Virus record (IMG/VR): IMGVR_UViG_3300030099_006944
Span: 64,001-128,000 of that record
DNA: 64,000 nucleotides
Source: a virus
Reading direction: 5' to 3' (one strand)
The position numbers and the translations under genes are program-made. The notes below the pieces were generated by a model. It was given only the letters and a program-made list of their open reading frames with translations. It made no database searches and was not told where the DNA came from. Of the stretch, positions 1 to 10,483 are shown one piece after another (position 1 is the first letter of the stretch; each line of letters begins with the position of its first letter).

Positions 1-6
1 TCTAGA

Positions 7-3000
7 ATGCATGAGGGCTACGGCGCTTTCTTTGCGAATTCGGACACAAATTGTGTGGATAAGAATTATATATATGTAGCTAAAAAGAGAAACATAGACA
101 ATCTGTATACAGACGACAAAGTTTCAATTGAAACCGACTACACTGAGCATTTCTTCACAGACAACGATGTTAATGATGTGGTCTACTCCTTTGAGAAAAG
201 TTTGTACGGCGTGATATCTTCCGAGATGATGAACATGTTTTCGACAGCGGCTGACTTTAATAATTTAATCGGTCGACCGAATCAAAAATATCACACTGAT
301 TACAACAAGATGGCTGTGCTAAAAAATATGTTCTTCGATAAAGTAGAAAACGATCCGGACATAGAAAGATATTTATCATTCTATAAGTGGATTGACGACT
401 CTATATCAGAAGCCATAAGGCAGCTAATTCCAGCCGGTGTTAAATTTAACGACAAGATTTATGACGTTATCGAGAGTCATGCGCTAGAAAGAAACAAATA
501 TTTAAACCAAACAAATCTATTAGTTGAGCGCGCCTTTACAAAAGAAAATTTTGCTGGTCCTATGCGTGGTGTGAAAGAGTTGCTGTATAGTTGGCAAGAT
601 GGTTCAGCACCTACGGGAAGTTTAGATCGGGAAGATCGAAATTGTCTGTGGCTAAGAGATCGCCAAGTAAAAAATGAGACAACCAGACCAACATCTACTT
701 CTGCCGTAAGAGAAGCCATAAGAACGATCAAGACTAATCATTCCTTGGCGTCATCTGGTTTGTTGCGCACTGACACCGATGGGTCTACATATATCGGCTC
801 AACCTATGCCATCAGGAAATTAGCAAAACCTTACAATTTCACGGCTGTACAAAAACAGATCATGCATGGTGGTATAAATTTTAGAACAAACAAGAACAAA
901 TTTCTTCTTTTGGAAGCATTAGCTCCCCATGGGGAAGAACTATCCGTGCCTCAAAATATCGTAACGATTGGTGTTGGTACCGGTACCGGATTAGAGATAC
1001 CACAAGATTGCGATGATCCAAACCGATCGGTGATGTCATTCCTCAAAGGTCGAGCATCAAACCAAAAGACTTTTTGGAATTCACAAGCTATTCTTGGTAA
1101 ATTTGCCGGAGACGAATATCGCGAAAAATTAAAGGGCGACCGAATTGTACCTTATAACTTTGTCGAGGATATAGTGCACACCGGTTACAATAAAGAAATA
1201 AAAAGCTTTTTCGGACCAGACGTTGTGGTTACAAATATCCACCCAGATGTAACTTATCTTTCGAATGATATCCCAATGCAAGGTCCATTCACAGAAGCGC
1301 ACGTTGGTGGCCACCAGTCTAGACATGTCGACATCAATTCGTACTCTGCTGATAAAAGCCTCACTGTAAGGTACCATGTTGGGGCTTCACAAGCAACAGG
1401 GTCGATTCGATTTTTGCAAAACGTCATAGCTCCCGGGACATCAGTGACAATACAGGACTCAGATCAAAGCAAAATTGTAGCTACATATAGCAAGTTTTAT
1501 GATCTTAAAGACGGAAACTGGACCTCGGCTGAGGAACTCACGAACATCATAAGTCACCACTTGGATGTCGGTGTCAATGTATATTCAAAGTCTCCGGTTA
1601 TTTTAGGCTTGACGCAGTCTGCTTGGGGTACGGATGGGAATCGAACAATAGTCGCCTCCGCTACAACAATAACAGCCAGCGGCTTTGGTGGCGGAGCTAA
1701 CGCTAGTTCGACAAACACTAGAACCGTAAACTTAGATAGCACAGCGAATAGACCAGAGGCTTGGGCTATCGTCGCCAAAACACACGCAACAGTTAACGAT
1801 ACAGATGGGGCATTAGGTTTCGTCGGACCAGATTATGGAGGTTCTTATCCAAATCAAGTTAAACCTTGGGCTATACGTTTTAGGGACGAGCATGCTAAAC
1901 GACCAGTGAACATAAGAAACATTCAGTTCAATTCAAAAATACAGAAAGTAGGAAATTATCGAAAAGGTTATGAACTTTTCACACTAAACAAGTCCGATCA
2001 GAGACGTTGGTATCGCGATGCCTATGATGCAGGTTTAGATCTACCTGAATTTACTAAGAATTTATTGCCTAATACAACAAACTACATGTCCTTGTTTGGT
2101 CAAGAATTTTTTACCGATTCTACGAAAGGAAAGGGGAACGTCTTTGGGTCTCACCCAAACAATAGGCAACCTGACGGCACTTTGTTGGTTAGCAAGGTTG
2201 ATTCAAAGGGTGAATTTGTTGCAACCGGTTCTTTTTTCGCCGGTAGAGCCGCTAGTGGTAGTTTTGCAGTAACAGGAGCATTCTACCAAATTCATGCAAC
2301 AGGAAGCTTCAAGGTGCTTGGCGCAGGATATCATGCTCCGGCAGATTACTTGACAATAACCACAGCAACTTTGGGGGGAGAGACAAATAAATATGGTGTT
2401 TCTGGCTCACATGATCCCGGGATTGTTAACAGACCTGTTAACAAAGGGGCTTCTGATACGGACTTCTACAATAATTTGTCTTCCTCTATCCACACCCACT
2501 CTGGATTAGCTTCAATATATACATCGAACGCTGCTGTGTATTCGCAGAGTTTGAAAGTCAGTAAAAGAAACACTTCTTTTATGTCCGCTTCGATAACTAG
2601 CCGTCAAATATGGATTGGTGCTTGGACTCTTTCTTTTTGGGTGAACTTAGATGCTGGTACCGGAGGGAGGAGATCTATTTATCTAGAAGGGTCTGACGTC
2701 GGTGTGAACAAAGCCAGAGAAGTGTATATCGATTCGGCTGGGAGACTTAGACTTTTTGTACATTATAGAAAATTCTCTGAGGGCGTGTACACAAACGCTT
2801 ATGATCAATATTATATTGAAGATTTTGATGATTATGCCGGCAAGGAAGCGCACGTTGTGTGGACTCATTCCGGATCTGTTAATTCTACTACCGAGGGTTC
2901 TCTGTATATAGATGGAGTGAAGCAGACCTTGATTACTAATGCCGGAGGTACAGGAGCTTCAAATGTAATAAATCAGCCCACGGAACTCATCATGTTTAAT

Positions 3001-4794
3001 GAGGCCACTTCGGCTACTACAACCACTTTGTCAAACGGTGGCAATTCTTACATTGATGAAATAGTCATACTCAACACCACTGCATCACAAGCAGCAGTAA
3101 ATCTACTTTTTAACGACGCTCAGTGGCTCAATCTAAATAAGACAGTATCAGATGGCTGTATAATACCTTCAAGTAGTATCACGCAGTATTACAGTTTTGA
3201 GACAGATGCGAATGTCAATGATGAAGGAACAGTGGATTGTCTTGGCTCTGCTGCATTGGATCTTACAATTAACAATGTTGCAACCAATTTCTCTTTGGCA
3301 TCTGGTAGTGCCGGTGCTGTTTTGTCGGAGCTTCCATATGCCGCGTTCACTCTCCTTGGACCCACTGGATCAGGAGCTAAAAGTAACGGTAATGTTGACG
3401 CTAGCGGGTCTGCATTTTATGCAGCATCTGATATGGCGAACGGAGCCGACAATGGAGCTGTCGACAACGACAGTTTGACAATAGCCGGCACATACGTTTT
3501 TCATATTGACAAGGACGGAACATCAGATTCCGGAAATAACTTTTATATTCAGAATACTGGATCCAGTGAACAGATGTGGCACATTTTAGAGACTAAAATA
3601 GAAGCCTTGGCCGGTGGAGCTTATACGGTTAATCGATCTAGCACCGGTGCACAAATTGCAACTTTTCATATCACCGCTAGCGCAGTTGGAGCCGGGTTGA
3701 ATTCAACGCTGGCAGAATCCGGAACCTCATACAGTTCTTTAAACAACATTGTTGGGGGTCAAGGATCCGGAGGGGCGGTTGATGGTCACAAAGTTATTTT
3801 TACATCAGGATCCGGAGCGGCAGTAAACTTTATTTTTGATGACGATAACACCTCGGATTCTTCCCCAAATTTCTATATTCAGAACACAGGCTCAAACGCT
3901 CAGATATGGCACATGCTAGAAACCAAAATCTTAGCAAACACAGGCATAACCAGTATCTCTCGCGACACTTCGGCCTATCCAAATGCTGCTGTATTTAGAT
4001 TAACATCTAGTACTCTCGACAGTTACACTTTGACGTACAATAACGGAGGAGTTGGTGGAGCAGCCAGTTTTCATACTTTCACCAACGTCGGCGGCGGCAT
4101 TCATGAAAAACGAGCACGAGACCTTGTAATCACTGTTCCTAGGACGGATTTAACAGCCTCAACGTTTGAGATTAACACTCGTTTCTCGGCTCCCGGAGGA
4201 CCAGAAGTACAAACAGATGGATACTTAGACGTAGCAGGTAAGTCATTCTCAGTGCACAATGCATTGCCATACCGAAACCTTACTGTTAGAGGCTCAGGAA
4301 GCGGTGAAAAAGGCACTATAAGAATGTATGACCATATTGGTCGCCGTAGAGGTTTGAAAAGCCTTCTAGCTATACCTATGGGACGATTTGGGACGGATTC
4401 ACAATTCCCTGATATGAATTCTGATAAATATTCAACATCAGGATCATTTCACAAGTATCACAGAAACACTTCATATCGATATGAATATTCTGGTGACAGC
4501 ATAATTACTGGTAGTAGGAATGATAATGCATATATTGGATCAACTTTACCAAGAAGCGACTTTCAGTATAGCTGGATTAGGAACTCAGTTTCAGGATCAG
4601 ACTGGAAGAGATTACAAAATATCAATGGCTATGCGCCTCGTTCTGGTCTTGTCTCGGCATCACTTAAAGCATGGAAGGTCAACGATGACTTACCAGATGC
4701 CTCAAATAGCTATGTCGGCACACCGATCAGCCCACCAACGGCTTGGATCCCTGCCATCAATTTCCCATCAGCATCAACGATTTACGGAGGTTAA
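7..4794 (+). CDS. Large virion/baseplate-associated protein with a LamG (concanavalin-like) domain and repeated small alpha/beta modules; probably 5'-truncated by the window edge
   Basis: 1595-aa ORF whose frame is open back to base 1. LamG-like pattern at about 2605-3125 (WTLSFWVN...HVVWT...LYIDG...IDEIVILN). Duplicated FYIQNTG.....WH.LETKI module at 3541 and 3871. Confidence 0.6.
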   Translation: MHEGYGAFFANSDTNCVDKNYIYVAKKRNIDNLYTDDKVSIETDYTEHFFTDNDVNDVVYSFEKSLYGVISSEMMNMFSTAADFNNLIGRPNQKYHTDYNKMAVLKNMFFDKVENDPDIERYLSFYKWIDDSISEAIRQLIPAGVKFNDKIYDVIESHALERNKYLNQTNLLVERAFTKENFAGPMRGVKELLYSWQDGSAPTGSLDREDRNCLWLRDRQVKNETTRPTSTSAVREAIRTIKTNHSLASSGLLRTDTDGSTYIGSTYAIRKLAKPYNFTAVQKQIMHGGINFRTNKNKFLLLEALAPHGEELSVPQNIVTIGVGTGTGLEIPQDCDDPNRSVMSFLKGRASNQKTFWNSQAILGKFAGDEYREKLKGDRIVPYNFVEDIVHTGYNKEIKSFFGPDVVVTNIHPDVTYLSNDIPMQGPFTEAHVGGHQSRHVDINSYSADKSLTVRYHVGASQATGSIRFLQNVIAPGTSVTIQDSDQSKIVATYSKFYDLKDGNWTSAEELTNIISHHLDVGVNVYSKSPVILGLTQSAWGTDGNRTIVASATTITASGFGGGANASSTNTRTVNLDSTANRPEAWAIVAKTHATVNDTDGALGFVGPDYGGSYPNQVKPWAIRFRDEHAKRPVNIRNIQFNSKIQKVGNYRKGYELFTLNKSDQRRWYRDAYDAGLDLPEFTKNLLPNTTNYMSLFGQEFFTDSTKGKGNVFGSHPNNRQPDGTLLVSKVDSKGEFVATGSFFAGRAASGSFAVTGAFYQIHATGSFKVLGAGYHAPADYLTITTATLGGETNKYGVSGSHDPGIVNRPVNKGASDTDFYNNLSSSIHTHSGLASIYTSNAAVYSQSLKVSKRNTSFMSASITSRQIWIGAWTLSFWVNLDAGTGGRRSIYLEGSDVGVNKAREVYIDSAGRLRLFVHYRKFSEGVYTNAYDQYYIEDFDDYAGKEAHVVWTHSGSVNSTTEGSLYIDGVKQTLITNAGGTGASNVINQPTELIMFNEATSATTTTLSNGGNSYIDEIVILNTTASQAAVNLLFNDAQWLNLNKTVSDGCIIPSSSITQYYSFETDANVNDEGTVDCLGSAALDLTINNVATNFSLASGSAGAVLSELPYAAFTLLGPTGSGAKSNGNVDASGSAFYAASDMANGADNGAVDNDSLTIAGTYVFHIDKDGTSDSGNNFYIQNTGSSEQMWHILETKIEALAGGAYTVNRSSTGAQIATFHITASAVGAGLNSTLAESGTSYSSLNNIVGGQGSGGAVDGHKVIFTSGSGAAVNFIFDDDNTSDSSPNFYIQNTGSNAQIWHMLETKILANTGITSISRDTSAYPNAAVFRLTSSTLDSYTLTYNNGGVGGAASFHTFTNVGGGIHEKRARDLVITVPRTDLTASTFEINTRFSAPGGPEVQTDGYLDVAGKSFSVHNALPYRNLTVRGSGSGEKGTIRMYDHIGRRRGLKSLLAIPMGRFGTDSQFPDMNSDKYSTSGSFHKYHRNTSYRYEYSGDSIITGSRNDNAYIGSTLPRSDFQYSWIRNSVSGSDWKRLQNINGYAPRSGLVSASLKAWKVNDDLPDASNSYVGTPISPPTAWIPAINFPSASTIYGG

Positions 4795-4796
4795 AG

Positions 4797-7700
4797 ATGC
4801 CATTATTTGTTGACTTCATAGGTTTAAACAATTTAGTTAGTAGTAGTGTCGATACGACTACCAACACTATTGAGACTGGTATCAATACTAGTATTAAAAC
4901 AATTGCAACTGCTGATCTCCAAGCAGCTATAAACACACACAGGAACGGGCCATACGGATGGCCATCATGGAAACAAATTAGAATAGGCGAGAACCCTGTA
5001 TCTAGATATCACAGAGCAAATAGTGATTTAACTTATTTTAAGGAGCCCGGAGAATTGTATACTCTTGGGTTTGCTACACAACAAGGGGGAGTTCAAATTA
5101 CTTCTCCAAATTACGGAACAGCTAGAAGATCAGCACTCAGATCCAAGGAAGAACCAGCGGTTTGTCAAATGTCGTACCCGCTAGAACTTAACATGTCCTA
5201 TCGTCCAGTACTGATGAATGGTGCTCGGGGGCAATTAGTATTTGGCACAGAGAAAGTTTCAGTGGGACTGGAACAGCAGTTTTTTGCAAATAAATCAACT
5301 AATGATGATCACAACATAATAAAACCTAATATTCGAGCACCTGGTACACCATATTCTGTCATGACTAGTAAGTATTTGGGTGGTGTATGGGAAAACGGAA
5401 CTAGCCCGTATGATTCTTGGGAATCTTTAACCTATAAAGAAACTATTTTTCCAAAACCTAGAAACATGTTTAGAAAAGAAGTACGAACTCGACAAACTCT
5501 TCCGTCATTTTTTAGACACAACCGATTAGACAGAAACCAAACTTTCTTGACGAACTCTTATGGGTTTCACGTTTTTGATGGTCAATATGATTTGAGAGGT
5601 GTTTATGTATCCGGATCGCACACTCGTGCTTTGACTCAGAGCACTTGGCCACTAGATGTGGAAGATCATTTTTACTATCCTCGTTTCAATGAAATAACCA
5701 AGGGGGCCGATACACAATTTTATGGGGGACTCAGGCCTTTAAATAGGATGGCCGGCAATGGCGGCGGTGCACAACATGTTGTGCTAGCGAAGGCACAGGG
5801 TTTCGGTGGAATTGAGGGTATATCAGACACTAATTATTTTGCCGGTGCATCTGGATCGAAAGGTGGAGCAGGCATATTAATGAATAATTATAGCCAGTTA
5901 TTGGTTAATAATCCTGTTGTTGAATTGTCTATTGGTGATCTTTCTCTGTCAAAAGCGGCTCTTCGATTTATGGATAAGTTTATATCTCCCGCACCGTATT
6001 ATTCTAGAAGGCAAACAAACCGTTTTACTTCTTCTGTTGGGAATCCAACGGGAATGGCTATTCCGGAAACAGCCTCAATAAACCAGCACACTGATGCCAG
6101 CAGTATTAAATGGCAAGCTTTTGGTCTCGGTGGTGCACTCTGGCAAGCTGCTGAACAAGCAAACAAGAAGCCATTCTACGACAGTTACGAGAGCTTCTCA
6201 AAAAATATTAGATTAATTGGAAAAAACTATTCGGTTTTACCAGAATACAGAATAAGCAACCATCTAGATGATTTATTAGTAGGGACTCACTATCGCGATA
6301 TTCAAGACATCTTAGAGGTTACCGGTGGCCAATCAGGAAAATCCCTAAGTAGTCATGAAGGTTTTTACAACACCTATTCTCATTCAGAGTTTATGAAATT
6401 ATTTGAGGTCATAGAAGATGATCATGAAACATTTGGTGATTTCCCTGCTCCATATGTCGGCACTACTAAACAGATGTACCAGAGATTGACGCTTCGTTGC
6501 TCTGTAATTAAGAAATTTTTACCATACGAAGGTTTTTATCCTTGCCAAAGAACTGTACAAATGGCAGAACAATTTTATTCAGATTGCATTGATTTTACTT
6601 CAATTGAGATGGCGGGAGCCACAGCAGAGGATGTGATAGCCAGTCTTCTAGATCATAACCATAATTTTCAGTTTCAAAATTTGATGGCCACATTGTTTGC
6701 GCCCGGAACACTGTTTAATACAATTAAAGCAGGTGTCGCTTGTGATTACCCTATCCGATCGGATACTAATGACTGGGCTTCTAATCTTTTAGGCTACGGA
6801 GAGCCAATGGTCTCCCAACGTTCTTATCCGGCCGACTATCTAAATCCAGCCTCGCCACAGATTCCGGATTATTATTTGTCCGGTGAATTTGACAAAAGAA
6901 TACCTTTTGAAGCACTGGTAGAGCCGGCTAAATATTTAGCAGGATATGATATCATGCCTAGCGAACCACACCCAAGCGGTGCAATGTCTGCATCTGTTTT
7001 GTGGACAGGTCAAACTAAGACCAACAAGTATGTTATGATGATGAATAATTTTTTGGCGGAAGTACCAGAGTTTTTCTTACAAGATCAGAAATTTACAATG
7101 TTGACTAGTCGAACATCTGATGATCCTAGTTTTGGTAACGTTGTGAACGGAAGAATATACGGAATGCGGATAAAAATGTATCGATCGATGAATCAAGCTA
7201 GAAACATGGTCGAGGGTAAAGGAGAAGTGTTTTACAATACTCCACAAGATATTGTGGCAACCAGAACAGCTCAGGACCCAACAACTGGTGTGAACTTCCA
7301 GCAACCGCTTAGAGAAACCTTAACAATGTATTCTAGACCGACTGCTTTCGGTCCGCCTAGTATAGGCTTTAATGTTTTACAGACATCTGGAATGACAGGA
7401 AGTGTCGAGGTGAAACTTTGGGAAAATGAGTCATATGGTATTGCCCTAACAGGAGCAGCCACAACAGGTAAGCAGGCACCTGAATTTCATAAAGATTCTA
7501 GGAACGGTTATAATTTTCCATATACTCCACCTTATTATCATGGAGAGTCATGGATAGATGTGTATTACACTGCTAGTGCAACCGGCAAAAAGAGTGTGCA
7601 TGACATAATTAACAACTTGAATATAGAATACAATCGTTTTGACTATGGTCATTACAAGACTTATGGGTCCACTAGTGGAGAGTGGTATGGTAAATTCGCA

Positions 7701-9506
7701 TATTGCTTTGGTCCACAAGGCATCAAAAACATCAACAGGAACGCTATGCAACTTTCCGCATCGATTGATTTTCAAACAGTAAATTCAATCGCCGGAGAAT
7801 ATCAACGCATAGTTAACAACCAAGACGGCACTCAAAATGTACAGGTTGTTACAGACAATGATGTAGGAAGCCGTTGGGTTATACAAACTAAATTCGAGAC
7901 CCCTATTTTGAATTTTAATAGCATATCGGTTGCTAATGGCACTTTGAAACTACCAGACAACGGCAACAATGTTGCTGCCTCGACACCACGTGGTATGTGG
8001 CATCAGTACGGATCCATTCCTGCGACACAAGAGGGTGTGTTTTTAGAGGTAAATGACATTCCTTCTAATTGGACTCAAAGAATTAGTGCATCGTCACCAA
8101 CCGTATATAGTTTGGCTGATCTGGTGGGATTCGATTCTATTCCGCGGAAACTTGGAAAGGTCGCAACTTCTAAGATTGTACGCGAAGCCGTTGTAGCGGT
8201 ACCTTATTACATGGTGCAAGATCAGAAAATCTACGTACGTTTGAACGAACCAGCAACAAGGGCATATATAAACTCCGGAATTTCTTCTGTTGGTTTCTCT
8301 CAGAATCTTAAAGACCAAATCGATCGAATGAGAAGATATGTATTCCCTCCGGAATTAGATTTTATCAATAACGATTCCCTTCTTCCAATGGCAATGTATA
8401 TTTTTGAATTTAGTATGGAGTTTACTCAAAAAGACCTAGCAGATATGTGGCAAAACCTTCCACCTGATGGGTTCTGTTATACTGGCCCGGGCGAAAATCC
8501 ACATACAGAATTTGAAACTGAAGAGCAGTCTATAACACACGATCTGAACCTATCAGAAATTTTGGGCGGAGGTAATGGTTCTGGTATGCCTTCTCCAAAC
8601 GAAACTCATTCTTTGCACAAAACTTTGGGCTCTTTAGGTGCAGGTGGTCAATCTCCTCTGCGATGGATGGTCTTCAAAGTTAAACAGCGCGCCTCTGGGT
8701 ATTATTATGATAAACTAGCTTCAAAAAATATTGCCGGTCCAAATCAAACTGCTCCGGGTGTTGCCCCGGGACAAAGACAGTCTACTTCAACAAATTCTGC
8801 TATCAAGGACATGGTTGATGCCGGTATACAATCTAACTGGCCCTATGATTATTTCTCAATAGTTGAATTGGCAAAGCTAGATGCGGAAGTTGAATTTAAG
8901 TTTGACGGAGCTTTACCCGGACCAACGGCTGTACTAAACACAGAAGACCCAGAAGAAGCCCCAGAAGATCTTCCGGATGGAGTAGAGACAGCTTTCCAAG
9001 CAGAGTATGATGAAAATAATGCAACCATTGATGATAGCGAAGTAGAGGAGGTCAATCTATCCGGCTTGCCGGACGGTGCCACTTCTGGTGGAGTTATTCC
9101 GTCTGCGAGATGGTATGCATTGTATGAATATCCGACACCTGTTTTAGCAGCCGCCGCCGGTGTTTATACCGATAATGCTGGTGGGCTTTTGTATGGCAAC
9201 GTCTCGTTTATAGATTTCCATCAAAGAGATCTTCCTAATGGTACAACCATAAGATATACAAGATCAGAGTTTTTAGGCTCTGCACAAGAATACCAAGCAG
9301 CAATGGATGCTTACATCGCTCACAGAAAATCTTATCATATGAATTCTGGTCAATATGCAGGATGGCAAATCAACCAAGCACAACAAGCAGCAGAATCCAA
9401 TGCAATAGATAGATTTCGTGGAGAAAGAACTATTGATGGCGTAACTTATAGGGTCATCAGAGACAGAATTAATGACGATGCCCGTCCGGGAGACACAACA
9501 GCATGA
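4797..9506 (+). CDS. Large virion structural protein (putative baseplate component)
   Basis: Long ORF. Start moved to ATG 4797, which follows GGAGG at 4786-4790 and lies just after the upstream stop. Function inferred from context only. Confidence 0.5.
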   Translation: MPLFVDFIGLNNLVSSSVDTTTNTIETGINTSIKTIATADLQAAINTHRNGPYGWPSWKQIRIGENPVSRYHRANSDLTYFKEPGELYTLGFATQQGGVQITSPNYGTARRSALRSKEEPAVCQMSYPLELNMSYRPVLMNGARGQLVFGTEKVSVGLEQQFFANKSTNDDHNIIKPNIRAPGTPYSVMTSKYLGGVWENGTSPYDSWESLTYKETIFPKPRNMFRKEVRTRQTLPSFFRHNRLDRNQTFLTNSYGFHVFDGQYDLRGVYVSGSHTRALTQSTWPLDVEDHFYYPRFNEITKGADTQFYGGLRPLNRMAGNGGGAQHVVLAKAQGFGGIEGISDTNYFAGASGSKGGAGILMNNYSQLLVNNPVVELSIGDLSLSKAALRFMDKFISPAPYYSRRQTNRFTSSVGNPTGMAIPETASINQHTDASSIKWQAFGLGGALWQAAEQANKKPFYDSYESFSKNIRLIGKNYSVLPEYRISNHLDDLLVGTHYRDIQDILEVTGGQSGKSLSSHEGFYNTYSHSEFMKLFEVIEDDHETFGDFPAPYVGTTKQMYQRLTLRCSVIKKFLPYEGFYPCQRTVQMAEQFYSDCIDFTSIEMAGATAEDVIASLLDHNHNFQFQNLMATLFAPGTLFNTIKAGVACDYPIRSDTNDWASNLLGYGEPMVSQRSYPADYLNPASPQIPDYYLSGEFDKRIPFEALVEPAKYLAGYDIMPSEPHPSGAMSASVLWTGQTKTNKYVMMMNNFLAEVPEFFLQDQKFTMLTSRTSDDPSFGNVVNGRIYGMRIKMYRSMNQARNMVEGKGEVFYNTPQDIVATRTAQDPTTGVNFQQPLRETLTMYSRPTAFGPPSIGFNVLQTSGMTGSVEVKLWENESYGIALTGAATTGKQAPEFHKDSRNGYNFPYTPPYYHGESWIDVYYTASATGKKSVHDIINNLNIEYNRFDYGHYKTYGSTSGEWYGKFAYCFGPQGIKNINRNAMQLSASIDFQTVNSIAGEYQRIVNNQDGTQNVQVVTDNDVGSRWVIQTKFETPILNFNSISVANGTLKLPDNGNNVAASTPRGMWHQYGSIPATQEGVFLEVNDIPSNWTQRISASSPTVYSLADLVGFDSIPRKLGKVATSKIVREAVVAVPYYMVQDQKIYVRLNEPATRAYINSGISSVGFSQNLKDQIDRMRRYVFPPELDFINNDSLLPMAMYIFEFSMEFTQKDLADMWQNLPPDGFCYTGPGENPHTEFETEEQSITHDLNLSEILGGGNGSGMPSPNETHSLHKTLGSLGAGGQSPLRWMVFKVKQRASGYYYDKLASKNIAGPNQTAPGVAPGQRQSTSTNSAIKDMVDAGIQSNWPYDYFSIVELAKLDAEVEFKFDGALPGPTAVLNTEDPEEAPEDLPDGVETAFQAEYDENNATIDDSEVEEVNLSGLPDGATSGGVIPSARWYALYEYPTPVLAAAAGVYTDNAGGLLYGNVSFIDFHQRDLPNGTTIRYTRSEFLGSAQEYQAAMDAYIAHRKSYHMNSGQYAGWQINQAQQAAESNAIDRFRGERTIDGVTYRVIRDRINDDARPGDTTA

Positions 9507-10483
9507 CATTTTTCAATAAAAAAACTGATGTGATCAATTTTGAATTGACCCCTTTGGGGCGAGAATTGCTAGCGCAAGGAAAATTAAAACCCAAGCATTA
9601 CGAGTTTGTCGACGATGATATATTGTATGATATTGCTTATGATGGTACTAGTACGGAGACACAAGAATCGGCGCATAATAGAATTGTTAATGAGACGCCG
9701 CGACTCAAAAACATCTTGATCAAATCCGGTGTTGAGTCGAATTTTATTATCAAGGAAACAGCCGGACATTATAACGACAGGATATATAATAGAAGATTGA
9801 CATACGATCAGAAATCCTACGATGCCTTAGGGCAGAGTTCATATGTTTCAGATATGAGCCCTTCGTTTCAAGTGCAAATGCTTAAGGGAGAGATATCCAG
9901 CAGCGCAAACTATTTGACCAGTTCAGTGGTAACTCACTTGCCGATTCCACAAGTTGAAATAGATGTCGCATTAGTTTTGTCGACTGGGTCAGTTGCACTA
10001 GATGATCGCGACAACCTAGGTATGATTTCAGATATATATCCGGATGGAAAATTTATTATTATGGAAACAGAATTTCCTTTAATACACTTAAAAGAATTCG
10101 GATCTTTTTACGAAAAGGAGAATTTTGAAATCGAAGTATATAGTATAGAGTCGGATACAATAGCAAACCAACAAACTGTGGAGAAATTAGTGCCCCTTTT
10201 ATTCGCAAAAGAACATAATCATATAAAAAATGGTATATATTTAGAAGAAGAGCCAATAGAAGGTGATCCTGAGGTCGTTGCTTTGCATGAAGAAGTTTCT
10301 TATTATTTTGACATACTGGTTGACGACGAAATACCACGTGAAGAAATCTGTGAGGCTGTGGAAGAATTATCTATCAACAGTCAGTTTCTAGATAAAGAAT
10401 TGTTGTGTCCGGATAAGCGCACTGACCGTTTTAACTTGTACGGCACACAAGTTACCGATTCTGACATAGAGGATTGTGATTAA
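9503..10483 (+). CDS. Putative baseplate/tail-collar structural protein
   Basis: ATGA overlap with the upstream gene. N-terminus FELTPLGRELLAQG...EFVDDDILY is paralogous to the 16414 protein and resembles the N-terminal part of tail-collar (DUF3751-like) domains. Confidence 0.45.
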   Translation: MTFFNKKTDVINFELTPLGRELLAQGKLKPKHYEFVDDDILYDIAYDGTSTETQESAHNRIVNETPRLKNILIKSGVESNFIIKETAGHYNDRIYNRRLTYDQKSYDALGQSSYVSDMSPSFQVQMLKGEISSSANYLTSSVVTHLPIPQVEIDVALVLSTGSVALDDRDNLGMISDIYPDGKFIIMETEFPLIHLKEFGSFYEKENFEIEVYSIESDTIANQQTVEKLVPLLFAKEHNHIKNGIYLEEEPIEGDPEVVALHEEVSYYFDILVDDEIPREEICEAVEELSINSQFLDKELLCPDKRTDRFNLYGTQVTDSDIEDCD

